Below, piece by piece: positions 13,151 through 24,710 of a stretch of 64,000 bases of DNA (its first letter is position 1; every line of letters begins with the position of its first letter). The notes beneath the pieces were generated by a model. That model was given only the letters and a program-made list of their open reading frames with translations, made no database searches and was not told the DNA's origin. Origin of the DNA: Eutreptiella sp. 'Long Island Sound 2002' (lineage: Eukaryota; Protista; Euglenida); assembly GCA_964036045.1 (NCBI GenBank), contig OZ038378.1:108934001-108998000 (forward strand). The letters are read 5' to 3'. A program made the translations under genes and the position numbers.

Positions 13151-14413
13151 CTAGTAGTCGACGCGGCGTGTGGCAATGGCGGCAAAGGCGATGATACGGG
13201 TGGATCCAGCCGGCACATTTATTAGGTCAGCCCCACCACGGTGAATGACGTAACTGCTCAAGATCCACAGGTTGCCTGGCAGCATACTCCTGGAGACCTC
13301 CTGCCACAAGTAGGCAACACCAGAGCCAGAACCGTACACGAACATGTTTTCGCAGCCGACCATGGGGCAGTTCAGATTCACATACATGAAGCGCGAGAAG
13401 GCGCGCTCCACCCCAACGTTTAGCAACTCCAGCGGCAGATCCCGATGCCATAGCTGATCCGACGTTGCCCGCACGTACCCAACCTTCACCAAAAACAGAC
13501 CCGGGTACTTCATAGAGAGGGCTTGCAGAACTCTTGGCGCCCAAAGTACAACGTGAGGAAGCTGAAGACTTTCTTGACCCCCATTGCCCGTCGGAACCAT
13601 CCCATACACCGCAGCCCTGTCGCCTGGATCGGGTGGCCGGTTTGGGCTTGGCCATGCCACGTTGAAGATGCCGCCCCACCTCTGGCCCACGTTGTCTTCC
13701 TCGATGTTTATGTTCGCCACCATGTCGCCATCTTTCGCCAGGAACCCCTCCTTGAACACGTGCCCCGTCTGACCCAACTCCGAGAGTTCCTCGTTCACTT
13801 CCCTCAAGATGTCCACCTGCTTCACCGCTTCGCTTGCCCCAATGAGCAGCAGGGCGTGGCACATGGGGAGGGGCAAGACCGCGTCCTCGCTCTCCATCAG
13901 CACGGGAGTAGTCAACCCCACGAGCTCCGGCTTCCAACGGTAGGGGGAGTGCCTGGTGAGGGAGTAGTTGGGCGGGGACATCGCGGGCTTGCTCTCCACC
14001 ACATAGCGGAGGCTGTCGAGGTGGGGGTGCTTGAAGGGGAACTTGTCCTTCCTGGCCTTCTTGGTGCTTGGCTTGTGGGCGGCGAAGAGGGGTGTGGTGC
14101 CCTCCATCCCCACATGATGCCGTTGCGTCTTGTTGACGGTGGGGTTCACCCGCCCGGTGCAGGCTTGGATCATATCATCCACGTCGTTGCCGTGCAGCCG
14201 GACTCGCAGGATCGGCACGTCGGGGTGGTCCTCCAAGACCCCGTGCAGCCAGTCGGTGAGGGCGCAACGCTGCTTGTCGGCAGGGAGGAGGGGGCGGGCG
14301 AGGCTGATGCGGGCAATGGTGGTGCCTGGTGCGATCATCACCTTGGTGTCGGGGTGGGCAGCGAGGTCGGTGCAGCCCAACCCATCGGGGCCCGCATAGC
14401 CCCGAGGGCCCAC
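13151..14413 (-). CDS. F1 ORF A: PhyH-like 2OG-Fe(II) dioxygenase (the Cys-rich C-terminal part continues to ~12380 in shifted frames)
   Basis: 420-aa open frame with QLWHRD ... PGNLWILSSYVIHRGG ... STRIIAF (HxD...H...R, DSBH-type spacing). The probable true start is near 14462, followed by an in-frame stop, so it is likely disabled. Confidence 0.72.
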   Translation of the reverse strand: MGPRGYAGPDGLGCTDLAAHPDTKVMIAPGTTIARISLARPLLPADKQRCALTDWLHGVLEDHPDVPILRVRLHGNDVDDMIQACTGRVNPTVNKTQRHHVGMEGTTPLFAAHKPSTKKARKDKFPFKHPHLDSLRYVVESKPAMSPPNYSLTRHSPYRWKPELVGLTTPVLMESEDAVLPLPMCHALLLIGASEAVKQVDILREVNEELSELGQTGHVFKEGFLAKDGDMVANINIEEDNVGQRWGGIFNVAWPSPNRPPDPGDRAAVYGMVPTGNGGQESLQLPHVVLWAPRVLQALSMKYPGLFLVKVGYVRATSDQLWHRDLPLELLNVGVERAFSRFMYVNLNCPMVGCENMFVYGSGSGVAYLWQEVSRSMLPGNLWILSSYVIHRGGADLINVPAGSTRIIAFAAIATRRVDY

Positions 14414-14822
14414 GGCAACCTGGGCAGCCTCGGTCCAGTCGACCTAGGGGGCGAACAAAGGCATCTGGGCTGAAATGCGAGGGAACACAAAAGAAAAATA
14501 GGTGTTGGAACCCCTACTGGAACCCCTTGCTGGAACCCCTTTCTACGCCGAAACCCTGTGCTAGAACCTTGATGGAACCCACTTTTTGTGCTAGAACATC
14601 TACTCGAACCCCTGCTGGAATCCCCGTTCTGCGTTGGAGCCCCTGCTGCAACCCGCCTTTGTGCGCTTTTGGTTTGCTACTTTGGCTTGCTTTGGACTTA
14701 GGACACTTACAGAAACTCGTACGGTGACTCTTAGGCATTGTAAACGCGTGCACATCGTGGTTCTGGTGGTACCCAAAGGGGGGGGGGGGGGTTATGTGCA
14801 CACCTTCTAGCGGCGCACCCCA

Positions 14823-15180
14823 TGGCGCGTGTTTGGGTACGGGTTTTGGCCTTAACCCCCCCCAATCGTGGTTGCGGTTTGTGGCGTGCGTTCGGGTACG
14901 TGGTTTGCCTTAACCCTGCCTTTCCCGGTTGCAGGCGTTGGCGTGTGAGCTTGGGTACGCGTTTTCGCCTTAACCCCCCCAATGCTCGCTCGGGCCTGCT
15001 GCTAGCTTTGGTATGCTGGTCCCTCGCCAATCCTGGCGGAGGGCCCTGTGGGTGCTGTTCCCGGCCAACCCTGGCTGGGGCCTGCTACCGGCTTTGGGGG
15101 GGTCGTCCCTCGACAATACGCGCGGAGGGCCCCGTGGGTGCATTTCCCCGCCATTCCTGGCTAGGGCCTGATGCTCGCTA
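14823..15180. repeat. Remainder of array A grading into array B (core CCCTCGCCAATCCTGGCGGAGGGCCCT)
   Basis: CCTTAACCC units to ~14980, then GGCGGAGGGCCC units from ~15030. Confidence 0.8.
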
Positions 15181-15572
15181 TGGCCGGAAACATTATTCAA
15201 CCGGCAACAGCATGTGAAAGCTATGAACAACATTCCTATGAACAAAATCGAGCTGAATGCGAGTCCATACATCAAACACCGTCATGGCGCCGCAAGGCGC
15301 CGCTATGACGAAAAACAGCGAAATATGTGATGTTTGCCCACATTCCACTGTCCACTCCGTTCATGGTATCCTGACCAAAAAGGCGCCGCAAGGCGCAGAA
15401 AAATAACAAGCGCTGTCGGTTCCGCCAATACCAAACTTTCAAACAAATCATACTACACACACCAAAAGATCGCTTACCGGAAGATATCCACGTACTCTAT
15501 GAGGACAACACACCTACAACGCATTTCAAGCCACGGCAAGCTATGCCATACTATATGCCGGCCGCCCATACC

Positions 15573-15645
15573 GGGCGTCCCGGGACTCGAACCAACGCTC
15601 CCCAGCCCACGGGGCAAGCGCACTACCGTTGTACTATGACGATGT
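15573..15645 (-). ncRNA. tRNA-derived (SINE-head-like) sequence, degenerate
   Basis: Minus strand reads CATCGTCATAGTACAACGGTAGTGC...GGTTCGAGTCCCGGGACGCCC. A-box-like TAGTACAACGG, B-box GGTTCGAGTCC and a paired D-stem are present; acceptor, anticodon and T stems are imperfect. Confidence 0.62.
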
Positions 15646-16142
15646 GTACCCACTATATAGCTTCGGTACTATAACTGCAGAACCGCCATTACACACCGCC
15701 GAACAAAACATTCATTACATACAGGGGGGAGCGTAGGCGTGGCGCCAGGGGCGCCGATACCGTTCAGGCCCGTGTTCAGGCGCTCGTGTCTGAGGACATA
15801 CTAATAACATAGACAACAGAAACATCAGAGTGAATGGAAAGGGGGTCATCACCCGAAGAAGAAGACATCGAGAAGTCTTCAGCCAGTGGCGTATCCACCA
15901 TATACACGGGTATGTTGCAACGCTCAGGCGTGCGATTGCCACTGGACTGGTCTTCCAAGGGTGATGGCAGGCCATCAGCGGGTGATACCCCCCACCCCGT
16001 CACCAACGTCATCCTCAACCGTGCGGTCCACAAGCATAGGGTTTTCAACCGGCAATTCCCGACTCATACCTGCATCTGAGACACCATGCTGAGCACAAAA
16101 ATTCAGGCGTCGCCGGACACTGGACCCTGACCCTGCAGAGAA

Positions 16143-16982
16143 CTAAAACCCTTGTGCCACGCGGTCCACAGCAGTGTCTAGGCTAAACATGAAACCCAGA
16201 GATGACACTGGGAGTGGTGTAGCATCCAAAACCATGACAACCCCTGACCGGTTGTTTGCCTCCACTCTCGAATGATGCAATGCTTTGTCGGCAAAGGGAC
16301 ACGGTTTATTCAGCTGCCTGCCTGACTCCGCTAAGGTGTTAGCCTTTTCATTGCCGCAAATGCCAACATGTGACGGATTGTGCAACCATTTCAGATCGAC
16401 CCGCACACACTCCAACAATGCTAGCACCTTGGCCCACAACCACGAATTTGCCGCAGGGCCAGATGCCACTCTCCAGCCATGACGGCGCCACTTGGCTGCA
16501 CCTCCCAATACACCTTTAAACAGGTACTCTGAATCCGTGATAATTAGAATTTTGTCTAACCCCAGAATGGGTATTACGTCATTCAAAACGTAGTATAACG
16601 CATACAACTCTGAGCCATTATTCGTCTGGCGGCATTCCGCAGGCACTGGGTGTGAGTAGGAGAGGGGCCGTTCGGTATGCACAAAAACACCAAAATCCCC
16701 AACCCACCCCATCACATCATAATGCTTTGAGCATCCATCTATATAAATGGGAGCATAGCCTTGTTGCAAAAACCAATTGATCAGGGGAAGCTGTCGCTGG
16801 AGGTGCTGCTCCTTATTGTCCTTTCTCTTCTGCGCCTTGACCTGCGCCTTGACCTGCGCCTTGGTAGGTGGGGGGCTCAAGAAAATCAGGGCTCTAGGAT
16901 GCTTTAAACGGCCGCTATCATCAAGGGATTCCGGGGAATGTAAGAATTCACAAATATGCCGACCAAAGTCACCACCATGCAT
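16143..16982 (-). CDS. RNase H (type I) domain of the LINE
   Basis: IYIDGCS, TNNGSELYA, IITDSEY, SHVGICGNEKANTLA (D-E-D motifs; the fourth Asp appears as Asn). Confidence 0.88.
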   Translation of the reverse strand: MHGGDFGRHICEFLHSPESLDDSGRLKHPRALIFLSPPPTKAQVKAQVKAQKRKDNKEQHLQRQLPLINWFLQQGYAPIYIDGCSKHYDVMGWVGDFGVFVHTERPLSYSHPVPAECRQTNNGSELYALYYVLNDVIPILGLDKILIITDSEYLFKGVLGGAAKWRRHGWRVASGPAANSWLWAKVLALLECVRVDLKWLHNPSHVGICGNEKANTLAESGRQLNKPCPFADKALHHSRVEANNRSGVVMVLDATPLPVSSLGFMFSLDTAVDRVAQGF

Positions 16983-17179
16983 AGCAGAGACCTGACCCAG
17001 AATGTGACACCATTACTTCAGAAACGATGACCACATGGCGTGCGGCAGCACAACACCACGGCTGGCACGAACCAAACAGCGCACACGCCAAGACGCGCAG
17101 GCCAGAGTACCGTTGCTAACGGGGATCCCAAGAGCATATCAGCCGCAGCGTTCAGCAATTATACTGGTGTGTACACGAC

Positions 17180-17614
17180 CTACCGCACCGTCATATCATC
17201 AAAGCACTGGGGCCCTACTTTGGCTGCGAAACACAAATACTTGCACTTGGACAATACATGGGCATGTGTTTCACGCATTGCACAGATCGGACAGAGGGTA
17301 GGCTCCTGCAGCCACGGATGCAGCCTCTCCAAGGTCTTTATCTTAAGCCACAAGACTGCCTTCACAAAGTCACGTACCACCGGCGGCATAGAACAAGCAT
17401 GCAGGGCATGCCACGTCTCAATAGTCTGCCGCTGCTCAGGCGCAGTTTGCCGGTTTGGGTACTGCAGCATCCCTGAGGTAAACCAGCTAGACCACATTCC
17501 CACCACTGAGAAGAAAGGCCGCGGGCAGCGTAGCTGCCTTGCATTCTGCACTAGACTCGCTACTCCCATGTACACGGAACGAAAGAAAGGGGACAAGACA
17601 ACATCATCTCGCAA
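17180..17614 (-). pseudogene. LINE ORF2 zinc-knuckle (zf-RVT-like) segment
   Basis: FVKAVLWLKIKTLERLHPW...CPICAMRETHAHVLSKC. Confidence 0.75.
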
Positions 17615-18369
17615 AGACCCCTACCGTAGCACCTGAGTAGCATACAGTACACCCTGGCGCACCAGTGCGGGCGAAAAGTATGTGTAGTGCGACTCATCTA
17701 CAAACAGTGCATTGTGCCAAAGTGGTATAGACTCCACCGAAAACTCCTTTGACATGATGACTGATAGCGCTTGTCGGGCTTTGGAGAAGGCCTTAGCCCC
17801 GAGTGCTAGGAATGGCATGCCCGCCCAGAGCACCCTACCGGCCTGGAGCAAGAAAAGGAACTGTAATCGGGGCACAAAGCCCACTACTGCACACCACCAT
17901 TCAAAGGTCACAACGACAACAGCCGGCAGGCAAACGTTTCCCGTGAGATGCGATACAAAGGCTAGGGCATTCTGCCAGTACAAAGAAGTGTGGGGCATCA
18001 CCAGACCACATCCACCCTGTTCCATGAGCTGCGCAATGAACGGCAGTACCATTCCCGAGCTATCCGGACCCAATGCTAAGCAGTATATATTGCGCAACTG
18101 TGAAATGAACAACTGAGTAGGCAAATACACTCTCGCCGGGAACTCAAACAGACTCAGAATCCACACCTTCAACAGCTCACAACGCTCCTGCAAATGCAAA
18201 GGCAACTGCGCCAAAAAAATAGCCCGCTAGTATGTTGTGGCCACAACAGATGTTTATGCATGGTCCACAGTTACATGCCCCAGCAGCACACCTAGATATT
18301 AGAATTCAGAAACAACTCGAAGTCCTACCCCTGCATAAGGCGGTGACGGCAGTTTTTCAGCCAGATGCG

Positions 18370-19445
18370 GCTCCTCTTGTGGGTGCAGATCTCCGCCTAT
18401 TCTTGTTGGGGACTGCTGCTGGCTTTGGTGGGGTGGTCCCTCGCCCATCTTGGCGGAGGGCCCTATGGCAAGGATTGGCGAGGGACCGCCCCACCAAAGC
18501 AAGTAGTAGGCCCTAGCCAGGATAGGCGGAGAACTGCACCCACAAGGCCCTCTGCGAGAATGGGTGAGAAACCACGCATCCCACCACACCGAGCATGAGG
18601 CCCTAGCCAGGAATGGCGGGGAAATGCACCCACAGGGCCCTCCGCCACGATTGGCGAGGGACCACCCCACCAAAGCCAGCAGCAGGCCCCTGCCAAGATT
18701 TGGTGGGGAACAGCACCGGAGGGCCTTGCGCCAATCCTGGCTCAGATCCCTGTGGGGTCAATGACCCCAAAGCTAGCAGCAGGCCTTAGCCAAGAATGGC
18801 GGGGAATTGCACCCACAGGGCCCTCCGCCACGATTGGCGAGGGACCACCCGAGCAATGCCAGCAGTAGGCCCCAGCCAGATTTGCCGGGGAGCTGCACCC
18901 ACAGGGCCCTCCACGAGGATTCGTGAGGGACCGACCCAGCAAAGCCAGCGGCAGGCCCCAGCCATGATTGGCGTGGGGTGGATGGTCCAGCGCCAATCCT
19001 AGCGGAGGGCTTTGTGGGTGCTGTTCCCCACCTATCCTGGCGTGGGCCGGGCCTCCTACTGGCTTTGCTGGGGTGGTCCCTCGCCAATCTTGGCGGAGGG
19101 CCCTATGGGTGCACTTTCCCGCCAATCTTGGCTCAGCCCTGCTGCGGGCTTTGGAGGGCCGGTTCCTCGCTAATCGTGGCGGAGGGCCCTGTGGGTGCTT
19201 TTCCCCGCCATTCCGGGCTGGCAGAGGGCCATGTGGGGGCTATTCCCCGCCAATCCTGGCTGAGCTTGGTGCTCGCTTTCATGGGGTGGGTGGTCCCTCG
19301 CCAATCGTGGCGGAGGGCCCTATGGTTGCAGTTCCCCATCAATCAGGGCTGGGGCTTGGTGCCATCTTTGGTTGGGTGGACCCTCGCCAATCCTGGCGGA
19401 GGGCCCTGTGGGTGCAGTTCCACGCCAATCCTGGCTGCGGCCTCC
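18370..19445. repeat. Array B, degenerate ~60-65-bp units
   Basis: Repeated CCCTCGCCAATC(C/G)TGGCGGAGGGCCCT in both orientations. Confidence 0.85.
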
Positions 19446-19476
19446 TGCTGGTGTTGGTGGGGTGGCCAGGCTTTGT

Positions 19477-19511
<35 letters not shown>
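19477..19511. repeat. (TG)n microsatellite
   Basis: Pure TG run; mirrored by a (CA)n run at ~23690-23712. Confidence 0.95.
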
Positions 19512-19514
<3 letters not shown>

Positions 19515-20159
19515 CGCGCGGATGCTTTCTTCTGCCCGCCAAGGATGGCTGGGGTTTCCAAGGTGGCCTGCTTTTGCCAACCGGCTTTCTTGCCTCCGAC
19601 CAGGGTGCCGGCTTGCTTTGCCGTGTCCGTGGGGTGGTGTCGCGCGCCCTGCGTGCTCTATGGGGTTGTGCGCGCTCTCCGGGTTTGCGGCAACCACTAG
19701 CCGTTGTTGCCTGTCACTTGATCCTGTGCCCTGGTTGTGACCGGCGGTGTGCCTGTCTGGCGTGCCTTGTGGCCCCGTGTCGTTGCGCCGCGCCTCGTCC
19801 GGTCCGGTCGCTCTCGGTGCGCTAGTTGGCTATCCCGTTGCCGTGGTGCCGTCACTGTTGGGTTCATCGCCACGCTGCTGCGTGGCTCCCCCGGACTTCG
19901 TGTCCGTTGCTGCGCGGGGCACTTGTAGGCCGGCCGAGAACCGGGCTCTCGGTGCCTACCTGCACGCCCTTGCGGGCGGACCTTGCCGCGCTCTGAGTCC
20001 TGAGCCTTCATGGTCCCGCTGTGCGGTGGTCCCTAGGAGGTCCCTCCCGCGACGGTCTTGGGCTGCGTGCGCCGCGATGGTGTTGACTGTGGAACCGTTC
20101 ACTCACGCCTCCGGTTTCTAATACCGTGCGCCTTGCGGCGGCGTTCTTGGCACCTGCAG

Positions 20160-21529
20160 CCCATGGCCTGTGCTGCAAGCAGCAATGGGGGACCTCCCCC
20201 AAGCAGAGGAGAGCCTCGAGCAAAAGATTACCACCTGGCAACGTGAGCTGGACTGGAAGCTCATTAAGAGTGTATGGGGTGCCCATGTGAGAACCCTTGA
20301 AGAAGACGAACTCTCACAGGAATGTGTATGCGAACCCCCTCGAGTGTGCCTATGCTAGTCTGGACGGCGAGAGACGGTCGTACGGGACCTACTATTTGCC
20401 TATCAAGGGCTGAAGGACCTAGCCAAGGACGCTAAACCGGTTGAGGACCACCTCCCCGCTTCTACATATCAAGGCGCAAGCAGCCTACACTGTGATGAAG
20501 ACCTGGAACACAAGATCAAGCCCGTGGACCCAAGAGTACAGAAGCTGATGAGGACGTATCTGGAGGTGTTCAGAGAAGTACCCCCTGCAGCTTCTTGTGA
20601 CAAGCTAGTCCAGATGGATCTCAAGCTCAAGCTTGGGGTCGCAGGGCATAGGATACGCCGAAGGCCCTATCCAGCTCCTAAAGAGGTGGGTCATCAGATT
20701 GAGCGTCAGATACAAGAGTGTATCCACGCTAGCCTGGTCCTGGAGTATAATGACGGGAACTACCTCCAACACTGCAGCCCCTGTTGCCTTGTGGCGAAGC
20801 CTTGGTCTTCAGCCAAACAGCTGGTGGTAGACTATGGAGAGCTGAACAAGAAGACGTTGAACCACTCCAGGTCTATTCCCACCATGGAGTCAACCCTAGA
20901 GAAGATAACCTTTTACCGCTACAAGACAAAGATGGACAAGAGGAGTGGGCTTTGGCAACTGGATCTGACGCCCAACGCCCAGGAACTCTTGCCGTTCATC
21001 ACCCCTCAAGGGAGGGTGTTTCAGCTGAAGGTCATACCCTTTGCCCTGCCAACGTACCGAATCTTTTTTCAGAGTTGATGAACAAGATTTTGTCCAACCT
21101 ACGACGAAGATCCATGGTACCCAGATCGAAGCACACATCGATGATGTGTGCCTGGGAACAAATACCCAGGAGGACCACCTCATCCTTCTGGGGGAGTTCT
21201 TTGATGCCTGCAAGCAAAACCACATCCGACTCAAGTTGGAGAAGTATGAGTTCATGCAAGAGACCATGCAGTGCCTGGGGTTCGATCTTGGCTATGGGTC
21301 GTGGACCCCAGCAGCCTCTCAGGCTAAACCCTTGATGGATGCCCAAGTATGACATGAACACCCCAAGAAAGGACTCCGTGATGTACGTAGCTTTATTGGC
21401 GCATGCAACTTGTACCGTCGCCATATCAAAAATTTCACCTACACCGGCGCCATCCTAACGGACCTCATCAACAAGAGTACTACTTGGCGCTCGGGCCCTC
21501 AAGAGCAACAAGCGTTTGCCGAACTCAAG
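20160..21529 (+). pseudogene. Ty3/gypsy-like pol fragment (linker and RT), frameshifted
   Basis: IRRRPYPAPKE, SPCCLVAKP, LVVDYGELNKKT, KMDKRSGLWQL, EAHIDDVCLG, LKLEKYEFMQ; homologous to 7960-8570. Confidence 0.9.
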
Positions 21530-23040
21530 GTACCGTTCCACTACCACCCACATTGCAGGCGTCAGTCACCATGACAATTTCACCTTGTGCTACAGGCACG
21601 CCCAAGCACTTAGTGTTGGGCACTTTGTCCTTGAGTACGTCAAACGCTTGTTGCTCATGAGGACTCCGGCGCAAGGTAGTACTCTTGTTGATGAGGTCTG
21701 TCGGGATGGCGCTGGTGTAGGTGATATTTGTGATATGGCAACGGTAGAAGTTGCATGCCCCAATAAAGCTAGGTACATCATGGAGTCCTTTCTTGGGGTC
21801 TTCATGTCGTACTTGGGCATCCATCAGGGGTTTAGCCTTAGAGGCTGCCGGGGTCCACCACCCATAGCCAATATCGAACCCTAGGTACTGCATGGTGTCC
21901 TGCATGAACTCACACTTCTCCAACTTGAGTCGGATGTGGTTTTGCTGGCAGACATCAAAGAAGTGTCCTAGGAGGGTTAGGTGATCCTCTTGGGTATTTG
22001 TTCCCAGGCAAACATCATCGATGTGTGCTTCCATCTGTACGCCACGGGATATGAGTGCTTGTACCACGGGTCTTCGACGTAGGATGGACAGGATCTTGTT
22101 CATCAGCTCTTGCAAAAGAGCTAGTGCGTTGGCCACGCCAAAGGGCGTGACCTTCCGCTTAAACACCCTCCCTTGAGGGGTGATGAACGCCAAGAGTTCC
22201 TGCGTGTTGGGCGTCACATCCACTTGCCAAAGCCCACTCCTCTTGCCCATCTTAGTCTTGTAGCGGCAAAAGGCTATCTTCTCCAGGGTTGACTCCATGG
22301 TCGGAATAGACCCGGAGTGGTTCAACCTGTTCTTGTTGAGATCTCCATAGTCCACCGCCCGTTTGGCTGAAGACCAAGGCTTCGCCACATGGCAACAGGG
22401 GCTGCAGTGTAGGGGGTAGTCCCCATCTTTCTACTCCAAGACAAGGCTAGCGTCGATACACTCGTGCATTTGACGCTCGATCTCGTCATTCTGCTCTTTA
22501 CGAGCTGGATAGGGCCTTCGGCGTGTCCTATGCCCTACGACCTCAGGCTTTAGCTTGAGATCCATCGGGACTACCTTGTCACCGCAAGTTGCAGGGAGTA
22601 ACTTCTCTTAACATCTCCGGATACGTCCTCATTAGCTTCTGTACTCTTGGTTCCAAGGGCTGGATCTTGTGTTCCAGGTCCTCATTAGAGTGCAGGCTGC
22701 TTGCCCCTTGATGTATAGAAGCGGGGAGGAGGTCCTCAACCGGTTCAGCGTCCTTGGGTGAGTCCTTCAACCCTTGATAGGCAAATAGTAGGTCCCGTAA
22801 GCCCGTCTCTCGCGGACTACAATAGCATAGGTATGCTCGAGGGGGTTCCCAAACGCATGCCTGTGAGAAGTTGTCTTCTTCAACGATTCTGACATGGGCA
22901 CCCCATACGCTCTTCATGAGCTTCATGTCGGCCTCACGTTGCCAGGTGGTAATCTTCTGCTCGAGGTCTTCCTTGAGTTGGGGGAGGTCCCCCATTGCTG
23001 CTTGCATCACAGGCCAGGAGCTGCGGGTAGGCCACATGCA
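21530..23040 (-). pseudogene. Second gypsy-like pol fragment (linker, RT, start of RNase H), tail-to-tail with the previous one
   Basis: ORF 21525-22388: VDYGDLNKN, PFGVANA, EAHIDDVCLG, SFIGACNFYR, IVMVTDAC. Confidence 0.9.
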
Positions 23041-23739
23041 ACAACCCCAGCGCACCGGCCGAGAACCCTACGGCAAGGCGGACGGTATTAGAAACCGGAC
23101 GCGTGAGTGACCGGGTCCACAGGCAACACCAACGCGGCGCACGCACCCCAAGGCCGTCGGAGGGACCTCCTAGGAACCACCGCACACCGGGGCCATGAAG
23201 GGGTAGGACGCAGAGCGCGCCCATGTCTGCAAGGGCCTGCAGACATGTAGCGAGAGCCCGGTTCTCGGCCGCCCTCCACGTGCCCCGCGCAGCGACGGAC
23301 ACGAAGTCCGGGGGGGCCATGCAGCACGTGCGTGGCGATGAACCCAACACTGACGGCACCACGGCAACGGGACAGCCAAACGGCGCACCGAGAGCGACCG
23401 AACCGGACGAGGCACGGCGGAACGACACGGGGCCACAAGGCACGCCAAACAGGCACGCCACCGGCCATAACCATGGCACAAAACGAAGTGCTAGGCAACA
23501 ACGGCCACGGGGTGCCGCAAACCCGGAGAGCGCGCACAACCCCAAAGAGCACGCAGGGCGCGCGACACCACCCCACGGACACGGCAAAATAAGTCGGCAG
23601 GCTAACCGGAGTCAAGAAAGCCGGGGGACAAAAGCAAGCTACCCACAAACCCCGGCCAGGCTTGGCGGGCACAAGACAACACGCGCAAACATACACACAC
23701 ACACACACACACCACAAAATCCGACCACCCCACCAACAC

Positions 23740-24320
23740 CAGCAGCAAGCCGCAGCCAGGATTGACAGGGAACTGCACCCACAGGGCCCTCCGCCAGGAT
23801 TCACGAGGGACCACCCAACCAAAGCCAGCGGCAGGCCCTAGCCAGGATTGGCGGGGAGGTGTACCCATAGGGCCCTCCGCCACGATTGGCGAGGGACCAC
23901 ACACCCCACAAAAGCCAGCAACCAGCCCCAGCCACGATTGGCGGGGAACAGCACCCACAAGGCCCTCCGCCAGGATTGGCGAGGGACCACCCCACCAAAG
24001 CCAGCAATAGGCCCCGACCCCAAATGGCGGGGAAAAGCATCCACAGGGCCCGCCGCCAAGATTGGCAAGGCACCGGCCCAACAAAGCCAGCAGCAGGGCG
24101 CACCTACGATTGGCGGGAAACTGCACCCATAGGGCCCTTCGCCAAGATTGGCGAGGGACCACCCCATCTAAGCCAACAACAGGCCCCAGCCACGAACGGC
24201 GGGGAACCGCACCCACAAGGCCGTCCGCCAGTATTAGCGAGGGACCATGCACCCCACCAAAGACAGCGGCACGCCCCAGCTACGAAAGCCGGGGAACTGC
24301 ACTCGCAGGGCCCTCCGCCA
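23740..24320. repeat. Array B, inverted copy
   Basis: Repeated AGGGCCCTCCGCCAGGATTGGCGAGGG. Confidence 0.85.
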
Positions 24321-24710
24321 TGCAGTGCGTCGCTAGAAGGTGTGCGCAGAAACCCGCCCCCCTTTTGGGTACCACTAGAACCACCATGTGCACGCATTTA
24401 CAATGCCTGTGAGTCACTATACGAGTTTGCATAAGTGTCCTAAGTCCAAAGCAAGCCTAGGTTGTGATGGGCCACACACCATGTTAAATTTCCAAAAATG
24501 ACCAAAAGCGCACAAAGGTGGGATCCAGCAGGGGTTCCACCACAGAAAGGGGATTCGGGCGGGGGTTCTAGCAGATGTTCTAGCGCAAAAAGTGGGTTCC
24601 AGCAAGGTTCCAGCACAGGGTTCCAACGCAGAAATGGGGTTACGTCAAGGGGTTCCAGTAGGGGTTCGGGCAACTATCTTTCTTTTTTGTTCCCTTGCAT
24701 TTTAGCCCAG

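Larger units (their letters stand above)
9585..14822 (-). mobile_element. F1-a: TIR DNA transposon (RAG1/Transib/CMC-like) with dioxygenase cargo; ORF B deleted
   Basis: Imperfect ~38-bp TIR: TGGGGTGCGTTGCTAGGAGATGTGCCAAAGAACCCCCCC versus the reverse complement of the right end, TGGGGTGCGCCGCTAGAAGGTGTGCACATAACCCCCCC. TG is duplicated at 9583-9584 and 14823-14824, restoring the array motif CCCGTGGCG. Confidence 0.88.
15650..18365 (-). mobile_element. 5'-truncated non-LTR retrotransposon (LINE) inserted in array B
   Basis: Order on the minus strand: RT C-terminus (EF*YLGVLLG near 18290), ORF 17621-18214, CCHC knuckle (CPICAMRETHAHVLSKC), RNase H. The 3' boundary is uncertain and may extend to ~15185. 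Confidence 0.75.

Noticed and set aside
13151-14413. Calling the dioxygenases TET/JBP
   Set aside because: The motif context (WHRD, G.L.I.S..IHRGG..R) looks PhyH-like. I cannot see TET/JBP-specific features, so DNA-modifying activity remains a hypothesis.
9597-14810. CTAG as the F1 target-site duplication
   Set aside because: Inverted similarity extends outward past CTAG to TGGGG/CCCCA in all copies, so CTAG lies inside the TIR.
15573-15645. Functional tRNA gene
   Set aside because: Acceptor, anticodon and T stems have several mismatches; kept only as tRNA-derived.
18365-19825. Many overlapping Gly/Pro/Trp-rich ORFs here and at 23600-24430, 39319-40963, 42721-43532
   Set aside because: By-products of GC-rich tandem arrays, open in several frames on both strands.
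21520-21540. Inverted junction as a simple read-foldback artefact
   Set aside because: The arms are clearly diverged and carry private indels, unlike a duplicated read; a mis-join is still not excluded.
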